NCBI GenBank assembly: GCA_963748555.1
Contig: CAVVJK010000005.1
Coordinates: forward strand, 85,291 to 149,290
DNA length: 64,000 nt
Direction: 5' to 3'
Source of the DNA: an uncultured Acidobacteriaceae bacterium
GTDB taxonomy: Bacteria > Acidobacteriota > Terriglobia > Terriglobales > Acidobacteriaceae
The notes beneath the pieces were generated by a model. That model ran no database searches. It was not told the DNA's origin and saw only the letters and a program-made list of their open reading frames with translations. The translations under genes were made by a program, and so were the position numbers. Of this stretch, positions 1 through 8,232 are shown in pieces (the stretch's first letter is position 1; the number at the start of each line of letters is the position of its first letter).

Positions 1-1
1 C

Positions 2-295
2 ACGGTTTACAGCCAGGGCGGCCTCACGCCGGAGAACTACGGCCGCGACCATCATCCGCGTTGCTACACGACCTGGATGGCGGGCGGCGGCGTAAGGCCG
101 GGACTTACCTACGGCGAAACCGATGATTACAGCTATAACGTGGTGAAGGATCCGGTGCACGTACGCGATTTCAACGCGACCATCCTTCATTGCCTCGGCA
201 TCGACCACAACAAGTTCACATACAAGTTTCAGGGCCTGGACCAAAAACTTACCGGCCCGACTCCGGCCTCGGTGGTGCAAGGACTGCTGGCTTGA
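2..295 (+). CDS. DUF1501-family (sulfatase-like) protein, C-terminal fragment; the 5' end lies outside the window
   Basis: The frame is open from the window edge to the stop at 293-295. The translation ...[72 protein letters not shown] matches the conserved DUF1501 C-terminus as I remember it (family knowledge, no search run). Confidence 0.8.
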   Translation, partial: TVYSQGGLTPENYGRDHHPRCYTTWMAGGGVRPGLTYGETDDYSYNVVKDPVHVRDFNATILHCLGIDHNKFTYKFQGLDQKLTGPTPASVVQGLLA

Positions 296-415
296 TCAGT
301 ACGAAGAGTGTGACTACGCGAGCGTAGTGCGCTGCTGCCGCGAGATCGCGCCCGGGCATTACTTTGTTGGCTACTCCTTGTTATAAGTATCTGCCTGTTG
401 CTTCTGCCGGAAGTA

Positions 416-1740
416 ATGAAGCTCGATGGAAAGCCACACGCAGATTGGCTCCAGTTCGTCGGCCGATTTCATCCGTTGCTGGTGCACCTTCCGATCGGAC
501 TCATCGTGCTGGTGCCGGTGCTTGAAATTGCCGGCAACTTTCGTCCGCCCTTGCGCGAGGCAGCAGGGTTTGTGCTGGGACTTGCCGCTGCCGCTTGTCT
601 TGTAACTCTGACATTGGGCTATCTCCTCGCTTACGGCAGCGGAGATACAGGGGTCACCCTGACCCGCCACATGTGGGGAGGCATCGTGCTCACCCTCGAA
701 GTCATCTGCTGCGCGTTAGTTCGATCGAGCCTGGCATCCATCAACTCCTCGCGTATGTATTCCTTGTTGCTCGTGGTCACGCTGCTGACCCTTATCTTCA
801 CTGCGCACCAGGGTGGTTCGCTGACACACGGCGGCGACTATCTCACCCGATACATGCCGGTGCGCCTGAGTCGTCTGCTGGGCGGAACTTTAGCCGATCC
901 ATCGCGGGCCAATTCCTTCTACTCCACCCGTATCCACCCGATCTTCGACGCAAACTGCGTCGTCTGTCATGGCGCTGAACAAGTCTAAGGGCGGTCTTCG
1001 GCTGGATTCGTATCCGTCGCTGATGCAAGGCGGGAAAGACGGTCCGGTGATCCATTCCGGCCATCCGGAAACAAGCATGTTGCTCGAGCGCGTCACATTG
1101 CCGGCCCATGATCTTCACTTCATGCCGGCCGAGGGGCGTCCGCCGCTGAAAGACACTGAGATTGCCTGGCTGCGAGCCTGGATACTTGACGGCGCGTCTC
1201 CCGTGGCGACCACAGTATCGGGTGTAAGCCTGCCCACCGTGCCGCGCGAGACGGCCATACAGCCAGTCGGAGACTACAGCGCGCTGAGCTCTGAAATAAA
1301 GCAGTTGAAGCAGGCCCAGGGTGCCAAGTTAGTGCCAGTCTCAACCAAGCCTTCCGATGGACTTATCCTTCAGACCGTGGATATTGCCGGGAACTTCGGA
1401 GATGCGCAGCTTGCGCAATTCCAGCGTTTCGCGCCTTACATCGTTGAAGCCGAGCTTGGCCGGACCGCGGTAACGGACGCGAGTTTCGAGACGCTGAGTA
1501 AGTTCACTCGTCTTCGAGCCCTGCACCTGGAGGGAACTGCCGTGACCGGAAGTGGTCTTGCGAAATTGGCCAATCTCTCACAACTCAGCTATCTCAACCT
1601 GAGCGAGACTAAGGTAACGCGCTTCGGTGGTAGAACCATTGAGGAGGATGCCGAATCTGCAACACCTCTACCTGTTCGATACTCCGGCGCAGGTGCCCGC
1701 CACAGCAGCGATTCAGAAGGCCACAGGAGTTTCGCAATGA
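416..1740 (+). CDS. Membrane-anchored c-type cytochrome domain (PSCyt1-like CxxCH) / leucine-rich-repeat protein; frame broken near 980 and near 1620
   Basis: Joined from ORF 398..988 (frame 2), the first part of ORF 969..2816 (frame 0), and a third frame ending at TGA 1738-1740. The N-terminus is multi-TM with HPLLVHLPIG and HQGGSLTHGG (DUF2231-like). Next comes ANCVVCHGAE | KSKGGLRLDS, a planctomycete-type cytochrome c signature split by the first break. LRR-like units follow (LHLEGTAVTGSGLAKLANLSQLSYLNLSETKVT | ASVVEPLRRMPNLQHLYLFDT), split by the second break. I prefer ATG 416 over TTG 398. Confidence 0.7.
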
Positions 1741-2816
1741 ACGATGTTTGTAAGCTTGACCCGTTTCCGGCGATCAGCCGGCGGCGATTTTTCGTAGCCG
1801 CGGCAGCTACAGCATTGGTCAGCGCCATGCCGGAATCAGCCCAAGCGGAGATTGCTCCTATGGACCATAAAACTTCTGAGGTGGTGCGAGTGACAGGCAA
1901 CGGTGAATTTACATATGAGATCGTTCCAGGTTGGGGAGTGCTTCCCCAGGGCACGGAGTTTGGCGGCACACACGGCGGAATCGCCCGGGACAAAGCCGGC
2001 CAGATATATGTCAGCACCCAGAGTGCGACGGGAGTGCTGGTGTACAGTTCCGAGGGCCGTCTGCTCAGGACCATGGCCCACGGATACCCCGAGGTTCACT
2101 CCATGGTGTACGCGCAAGAGAACGGCGAAGAGTATCTCTACTGCACCGTGCAGAAGGGAACTCCGCAGGAGAATTGGCTTTTTCTCAAGATGAAAACAGA
2201 CGGTACGGTCGTGCTGAAGATCACGGCTCCCGCAGAGGCTGGGTTCAAAGCGCCAAATGAGTGGAGGCTCACGGCGGCCGTACCCGCGCCGGACGGTTCC
2301 ATTTTCATCGCCAACGGCTATGGCGATTCGCGGATCTTTCACTTCGACAGCAAGGGCCAGTACAAGACCAGCTATTCCAGCAAAGGTACGACCGATGGCT
2401 TGCTGAATTGCAGCCATGGCCTCGCTGTGGATACGCGCTACGACCAACCGCTACTACTCATTTGCGATCGGGAAAATCGTCGCCTCTGTCATTTCGATTT
2501 CGATGGCAAGTTCGTGCGCACTGTGACTCAGCATCTGCGTCGCCCGTGCCAGGTGAGTTTTTACAATGACTATGCGGTCGTCTCCGAGTTAGAAGGTCGA
2601 ATCACCATCCTCGATCGAGATAACGTGCCGGTCGCCTTCCTAGGCGATAACCCTAAGAAAGATCAATGGGCGAACTACAAACTGGAACCGGGTAGTATCA
2701 CTCCTGCCTGCTTCAGTGCTGCTCACGGCTGCTTTGTCGATCAGGACGCGAACATCTACGTTTCAGACTGGAATCAAACGGGGCGAGTATCAAAGTTATC
2801 CCGGCGAGTTATTTAG
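1737..2816 (+). CDS. Tat-signal six-bladed beta-propeller protein (NHL/PAL-like repeats)
   Basis: ATG 1737 overlaps the upstream stop (ATGA). The N-terminus ISRRRFFVAAAATALVSAMPESAQA is a twin-arginine signal. The body has repeated propeller-like strands (QIYVSTQ, SIFIANGYGDSRIFHFD, LLLICDRENRRLCHFD, NIYVSDWN). The track ORF 969..2816 is a chimera of this gene and the previous one. Confidence 0.65.
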   Translation: MNDVCKLDPFPAISRRRFFVAAAATALVSAMPESAQAEIAPMDHKTSEVVRVTGNGEFTYEIVPGWGVLPQGTEFGGTHGGIARDKAGQIYVSTQSATGVLVYSSEGRLLRTMAHGYPEVHSMVYAQENGEEYLYCTVQKGTPQENWLFLKMKTDGTVVLKITAPAEAGFKAPNEWRLTAAVPAPDGSIFIANGYGDSRIFHFDSKGQYKTSYSSKGTTDGLLNCSHGLAVDTRYDQPLLLICDRENRRLCHFDFDGKFVRTVTQHLRRPCQVSFYNDYAVVSELEGRITILDRDNVPVAFLGDNPKKDQWANYKLEPGSITPACFSAAHGCFVDQDANIYVSDWNQTGRVSKLSRRVI

Positions 2817-2858
2817 ACGCAACCATCACGCGACCAATGACGGACCCTAACGCGTTGC

Positions 2859-3950
2859 CTAGAGCGGCGGGTCATGCTGTTCTTCGGCAAGGCGAGAGGT
2901 GAGGGAGGGTGTTCTCTGTCGGCGCGTGGAGGCTAACCACGCAATGTAAAATCCCGAGCCAACGATCAGCAGACCTCCCATCACCATGGAGGGCGTTGGC
3001 ACGTCACGCCAGATCAGATAGGCAAGCAGGGCGCCGGAGATCAGCTGTGTGTAGTGATACTGCGATACGTTGGCAGCCGTAGTGTGCTTCAGCGCAATCA
3101 GAAAGCAAAGGCTCCCCAGCGCGCAAAACAGGCCCATAGCGCCAAGAACTGCCGCGAGGCGGGACGTCACTGGCTCAGTATGCCAGAGCATCAGTGCTGA
3201 CCCGAAAACCGCCATCACCAGTCCTGAAAAGAAGGTGAGACTCTCCGGGCGTTCGGTCTGCGTAATGATTCGCGACCAAACCATGTTGATGGAGAAACAG
3301 GCGACGCAGGCGATGCACGCCATCAATCCGATCCAATCGCCCTGCCTGGCCGAGCCAAAAGGATCGACCGCGATCACGACGCCAACAAATCCCGCGACGA
3401 TGGCCATCACCTTTCGCCATTCCAGAAGCTCACGCAGGAAGATTGCTGCCAAGATCGTGATGACCAGCGGAGACATGAATACGAGGATGTAGAAGAGCGT
3501 CAGCGAGAGATGACGCAGCGCGATGACGACGCAGATGTTGTTCACCAGATCGAGGCAGGAACGAACCAGTTGCCGCTTCAGCCGCCTCGGCCACAGCGCT
3601 CGCACGTCGCCGAGCCATATTCCATAGGCGATGAGGAAGGCCACAATCCAGAGACCGAGGAATGCGACCATCTCATAGGCGGGCAGTGTGGATTTGCCGG
3701 CCATCTTCATGCTGGTATCGGCAAAGACCCAAAAGGTAAACCCGGTCAGGGCAAATCCTACGGCCTCAACATCCGAGAAAGTTTTTGCGCGTTTCGCAGG
3801 GCCCACTTCGTCACCATACCAGACAGGGTCGGCCGGCGTTTGTGGCGTCCGGATGGCCCATCGCAGATTTAGGATCGGACTGGAAGGGCCTGTCAGAATT
3901 CCCGATCTGCCGAAGAAGCGTAAATCGAATCGCAAGTCGGTGGTACACAT
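2859..3950 (-). CDS. DMT superfamily (EamA-like) transporter
   Basis: Uninterrupted 363-aa ORF with about 10 hydrophobic helices in two similar halves. The start is uncertain: the first helix begins near aa 85 and there is no internal ATG before it. Confidence 0.65.
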   Translation of the reverse strand: MCTTDLRFDLRFFGRSGILTGPSSPILNLRWAIRTPQTPADPVWYGDEVGPAKRAKTFSDVEAVGFALTGFTFWVFADTSMKMAGKSTLPAYEMVAFLGLWIVAFLIAYGIWLGDVRALWPRRLKRQLVRSCLDLVNNICVVIALRHLSLTLFYILVFMSPLVITILAAIFLRELLEWRKVMAIVAGFVGVVIAVDPFGSARQGDWIGLMACIACVACFSINMVWSRIITQTERPESLTFFSGLVMAVFGSALMLWHTEPVTSRLAAVLGAMGLFCALGSLCFLIALKHTTAANVSQYHYTQLISGALLAYLIWRDVPTPSMVMGGLLIVGSGFYIAWLASTRRQRTPSLTSRLAEEQHDPPL

Positions 3951-3986
3951 CTAAGGGCAAGGAAGACCATCTCAAAATCTTGAAAG

Positions 3987-5030
3987 GTGCCTATGAAATA
4001 CAACACGCTCGGCCATACAGGCCTGCTCGTATCGGAACTTTGCCTCGGCACGATGACCTTTGCCGAGGGCGAAGGCATGTGGAAGCCGATCGCGGGCGTA
4101 GAGCAAAAGCTTGCGGATGAACTCGTCCGGCGTTCCCTCGACGCCGGCATCAACTTCGTTGATACGGCGGATGTGTACACCAATGGAGAATCGGAAAAAG
4201 CTCTAGCGCAGGCCATCGGAAACCTGGGCATGGCTCGCAAAGACATTGTGATTGCGACCAAGGCTTACGGGCGCACTGGGCCCGGCCGCAACGACGTAGG
4301 CGCATCGCGTGGGCACATCATGGATGCCGTAGAAGCCTCGCTCCGCCGGCTAAAAACCGACTACATCGATCTGTATCAGATTCACGCGTCCGATTCGGTT
4401 ACTCCTCTGGAAGAAACTCTGCGCGCCCTCGACACACTGGTGAGTCAAGGCAAGGTTCGTTACATCGGCTGCTCCAATTGGTATGCATGGCAGATTATGA
4501 AGGCCATCGGCATCTCCGAAGCCAGGAATCTTGCCAAGATCGATACGCTTCAAGCCTATTACTCCATCGCCGGTCGCGATCTTGAACGGGAAATCGTGCC
4601 GCTGTTGCAGGATCAGCGTACCGGACTTCTCGTATGGAGCCCGCTTGCCGGAGGACTCCTCTCCGGCAAATATTCGCGCGAGCACCAGAAGCCGGAAGAT
4701 TCGCGTCGGTCGGCCTTTGACTTCCCGCTGGTGGACAAGGAGCGTGCCTGGCGCATACTTGACGTCCTGCGGCCGATCGCGGAGTCTCACAACACCAGCG
4801 TCGCGAGCGTCTCTCTTGCTTGGATTCTCGCAAAGCCTTTTGTGACGTCGGTGATTATTGGGGCCAAGCGCGTGGATCAGCTTCAGCAAAACCTCGCGGC
4901 CTGCGATCTGCAACTGACCGCCGAGCAAATGAAACAATTGGATGAGGTGAGCGCGCTTCCGCCCGAGTACCCGGGCTGGATGATCCCGTTCCAGAACATC
5001 AATCGGCTCGCCGACGTGCCGCGCGTCTGA
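3987..5030 (+). CDS. Aldo/keto reductase (Tas/YhdN-like)
   Basis: MKYNTLGHTGLLVSELCLGTMTF, INFVDTADVYTNGESE and GKVRYIGCSNW are classic AKR motifs. Intact 347-aa ORF, divergent from the EamA gene. Confidence 0.9.
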   Translation: MPMKYNTLGHTGLLVSELCLGTMTFAEGEGMWKPIAGVEQKLADELVRRSLDAGINFVDTADVYTNGESEKALAQAIGNLGMARKDIVIATKAYGRTGPGRNDVGASRGHIMDAVEASLRRLKTDYIDLYQIHASDSVTPLEETLRALDTLVSQGKVRYIGCSNWYAWQIMKAIGISEARNLAKIDTLQAYYSIAGRDLEREIVPLLQDQRTGLLVWSPLAGGLLSGKYSREHQKPEDSRRSAFDFPLVDKERAWRILDVLRPIAESHNTSVASVSLAWILAKPFVTSVIIGAKRVDQLQQNLAACDLQLTAEQMKQLDEVSALPPEYPGWMIPFQNINRLADVPRV

Positions 5031-5100
5031 AGGCAAACCCGGCCTCCCCGCTCAGGAGGCCGGTCCCGTTGAGAGAACCTGCTCTCAGGCGGCCCGGGAG

Positions 5101-7149
5101 TTGGCATCGAATGGCCGTGGTATGCTTCGGCGCATGCGTTTTCGTGCGATGTTGTTCGTCTTCTGTGTCGTACTGTCCGTTTTGCCGGCGCATGCGCGCG
5201 TCACTCGCGTCGACATCGCCTCGCGCTCCGACGTTCTCGATGGGAAAACATTTGGAGACGCTGGCGCCTACGAACGCATCCTTGGCCGTGTCTACTTCTC
5301 ACTTGCAGTGACCAATCCGCACAATCGCCGCATCGTCGATCTCAGCAATGCGGTCAACCTGAAAGATGGTCAAGTCGAGTTCTCATCGGATTTCATCGCG
5401 ATCCGTCCAAAGGACACCAACAAGAGCAATGGCTCCATGTTGCTCGAGGTTCCAAATCGCGGGCGTAGTCGCATCCTGGCCCTGGTCGATGGTGGAAATT
5501 GGGACGCCGCGACCGATGCGGGCGATGCGTGGTTGCTGCGCCAAGGCTTCACCTTCGTCAGCCTAGGTTGGCAGTGGGATGCGACAGGCGACGGAGCGCT
5601 GCACTTCACAGCGCCTATCGCGAAGGAAAAAGGGAAGACCATCACTGGCTTGCTTCGCGGCGATCTGATGCCCTCGAAACCCATGCCGGAGATCCCGCTC
5701 GGTCATCTCATTCTCGGCAATATTGGCGGGTTGGAGTATCCGGTCTCCGCGCCCGACGACGCGCGCAACGTGCTCACGGTCCGCGACTCACGTTCGGCCA
5801 CGCGCACCATCATTCCCCGCGCTCAGTGGCAGTTCGCTCATACCGTAGATGGCAAACTGACGCCAAGCGATCGCCACATTCACCTCAACGGCGGCTTCCA
5901 GCCCGGTAAGCTCTACGAATATATCTACGTTGTCGCTGATCCGGTGGTCGCTGGCGGAGGATTCGCTGTCATCCGCGATTTCGCCTCTTACGCCAAACAC
6001 GATCCATCTTCGATTGCCCCGGCGCAGCGTGTCTATGGCGAGGGCATTTCGCAGAACGGGCGCTTTCTGCGCGACTTCATTTATCAGGGATTCAATGCGG
6101 ACGAGGAGGGGAGGGCAGCACTCGACGGAGTTCTCGCCCATGTCGCGGGAGCGGGCCGGGGCAGCTTCAATTACCGCTTCGCCCAGCCATCGCGCGACGC
6201 TCAGCCCACTTCGTCTGTCTTCTATCCGACGGATATTTTTCCCTTCACCGATAAGCCCGAAACGGATCCACTCACGGGCCAAACAGCAGGGCTGCTGGAT
6301 CGCGCAGTCGCAGAGAGCGTCTCGCCCAGAATTTTCTTCTCCAACACTTCTTATGAGTATTGGGGGCGCGCTGCCGCGCTGATTCACGTGAGCGCCGATG
6401 GCCAGCACGATGCCTCGCTTTCGGAAAATGTTCGAGTCTATCACTTCACCGGCCTGCAGCATTTTCCCGGGCCCTTTCCGCCGGCAAAAGACAGCGGAGA
6501 TTTGCTCGGGCAGGAGCCTGAATCCGCGCTGCCGATCAGGTATTTCTGGCGCGCCATGATTTCGAACATGGATGCATGGGTGCGAAACGGAACTGCTCCG
6601 CCACCGAGCAGCTATCCCAGAATCGCCGAGGGCAACCTCGTTCCTCTGAACCGGTATAACCTGCCCGCGATCCCTGGTCTGCATCGGCCTAACGAGGCCA
6701 ACGAGGCGTACCGGTTAGATTTCGGCCCAGGCTGGCAGGAGGGAATTCTAAGTATCGAGCCTCCCAGGGTTGGGCCGGCCTTCCCAGTGCTGGTGCCGCA
6801 GGTGGACGCGGATGGCAACGAGCGTGACGGCGTACATCTGCCGGAGATCACGGTTCCGCTCGCGACCTACACTGGTTGGAATCTGCGGGATCCATCGATC
6901 GGCGCGCCAGACCAGCGCGTCGCTTTCGAAGCGTCGTACGTTCCGTTTCCGGCTACCGAGCAGGAGCGGAAGAGAATGGGCGATCCGCGCAAATCGATCG
7001 CCGAGCGGTACCCCAATCGCGATGCCTATATGACCCTGTATCGAGGAGCGATCGACGACCTGGTCAAGCAACGATGGATCCTCGAAGAGGATCGCGTCGC
7101 TTTGAGCAAGCGCGGTGAACAGGAATGGAAGAATGCTGTGAACGAATAA
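5101..7149 (+). CDS. Secreted hypothetical protein, alpha/beta-hydrolase-like family
   Basis: Intact 682-aa ORF with a signal peptide (MRFRAMLFVFCVVLSVLPAHA). The N-terminal VTRVDIASR...FGDAGAYERILGRVYF...NRRIVDL...VEFSSDFIAIRP...LLEVPNRG resembles a conserved bacterial family usually annotated as alpha/beta hydrolase domain-containing. Recalled from memory, not searched. Confidence 0.5.
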   Translation: MASNGRGMLRRMRFRAMLFVFCVVLSVLPAHARVTRVDIASRSDVLDGKTFGDAGAYERILGRVYFSLAVTNPHNRRIVDLSNAVNLKDGQVEFSSDFIAIRPKDTNKSNGSMLLEVPNRGRSRILALVDGGNWDAATDAGDAWLLRQGFTFVSLGWQWDATGDGALHFTAPIAKEKGKTITGLLRGDLMPSKPMPEIPLGHLILGNIGGLEYPVSAPDDARNVLTVRDSRSATRTIIPRAQWQFAHTVDGKLTPSDRHIHLNGGFQPGKLYEYIYVVADPVVAGGGFAVIRDFASYAKHDPSSIAPAQRVYGEGISQNGRFLRDFIYQGFNADEEGRAALDGVLAHVAGAGRGSFNYRFAQPSRDAQPTSSVFYPTDIFPFTDKPETDPLTGQTAGLLDRAVAESVSPRIFFSNTSYEYWGRAAALIHVSADGQHDASLSENVRVYHFTGLQHFPGPFPPAKDSGDLLGQEPESALPIRYFWRAMISNMDAWVRNGTAPPPSSYPRIAEGNLVPLNRYNLPAIPGLHRPNEANEAYRLDFGPGWQEGILSIEPPRVGPAFPVLVPQVDADGNERDGVHLPEITVPLATYTGWNLRDPSIGAPDQRVAFEASYVPFPATEQERKRMGDPRKSIAERYPNRDAYMTLYRGAIDDLVKQRWILEEDRVALSKRGEQEWKNAVNE

Positions 7150-7213
7150 CCTGCACGCTCACGAAGCTGGAAACCCTGATCCTGCAGAAAGTACTGCGCT
7201 TGGAAGGCTGTCG

Positions 7214-8083
7214 TCAACTTGCGCGTCGCGCGGTTCGCCGCAACCGGCGAATCCGCTTCATCAGTTCCTGAAGAAACGCCTCCGCCTGCTTCTTGGGATC
7301 GTCTCCCTCCCACACAATTGGTTCCACTCCACGATTCCGGAGCACGGCTTCCTGCGCTGCATTCCCTTCCACCATGAAGATGAAAGACACGGGTCGCTGG
7401 TGAGCATACGGTGTGTTCTGCCATAACTCCTGCAGGCGGAACAGCAGATAGCGCGTATTCATATCGTGCAGACTGTAGCCGATGAAGAGCAGCGGCCTGG
7501 CGAGGCAATCGGCTCTGAGGCGTATGTCGAGGGGACTCTCGAAACTCATGCGCTGGAAGTAGCTTGTCTCGGTCAACACCAGCGAGTCATCGTCTTCGAA
7601 GTCGCCGTGGAACTTGATGATCTCGGTTGCCTCGCGCCCGTAGTGTGCAAGGTCTCCCATGGTCGCAATCTTCTGATAGGGCTTGCCGTGCGCTTCAAAG
7701 GCTCGTTCAAGCCAGCGGTCGTAATTCGTCGTATAGATGACCGGAAAGTCTAATTCCACAATCAAGTTATGTATCTGGGATTTCGACACATCGATAGAGG
7801 ACGGATGCCAGGTCTCATCCATCCACGTGCGCAGCGGCCCAATCCTCCCGTGCTTTGCGACGTAGGCTTCCGCAATCACCGGATAGTCCGCGAGAGTAAG
7901 CTTCTTTCCTTCGAAGCCCAACTCTCTTGCGAGATGCATCACGAGTTGTTGCAAATCCGGTAGTCCCAGGCTCTGCGAAACACCTCCTCCGACAAAGAGG
8001 ACCAGCTTGCGATCTCGAATCGCAGACGCGACCTGGTCCAGGGTGGAAGAGGTCATGTTGGCCGCTTGTGAAACGGTCTTCAT
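7214..8083 (-). CDS. Standalone SIR2-like (SIR2_2 family) protein, candidate NAD+-consuming enzyme
   Basis: Intact 289-aa ORF. Motifs in the canonical SIR2_2 order: KLVLFVGGGVSQSLGLP (Rossmann Gly-rich), VIYTTNYDRWLE, IIKFHGDFEDDDSLVLTETSY (catalytic His context), PLLFIGYSLHDMN. There is no additional domain, only a basic tail (KRIRRLRRTARRAS). Confidence 0.75.
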   Translation of the reverse strand: MKTVSQAANMTSSTLDQVASAIRDRKLVLFVGGGVSQSLGLPDLQQLVMHLARELGFEGKKLTLADYPVIAEAYVAKHGRIGPLRTWMDETWHPSSIDVSKSQIHNLIVELDFPVIYTTNYDRWLERAFEAHGKPYQKIATMGDLAHYGREATEIIKFHGDFEDDDSLVLTETSYFQRMSFESPLDIRLRADCLARPLLFIGYSLHDMNTRYLLFRLQELWQNTPYAHQRPVSFIFMVEGNAAQEAVLRNRGVEPIVWEGDDPKKQAEAFLQELMKRIRRLRRTARRAS

Positions 8084-8232
8084 CCAGTTTGAATAGATGC
8101 AGACACAAGTTCAACGGATGGGAGCCAGGCCCAGGGTATCCGCAGGGTTCACTGCAAACCTTTGCCAACTGCCTCGAGCCAGCCACTGCCATCGGGCGCT
8201 GGAAGGTCCCAAGGCCTTGTGACGAAGAGCCT

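Noticed and set aside
969-2816. Single 615-aa ORF in the track
   Set aside because: It is a chimera. Codons up to about 1620 belong to the cytochrome-c/LRR gene, whose true end is in another frame at 1740. A new gene with a Tat signal starts at ATG 1737.
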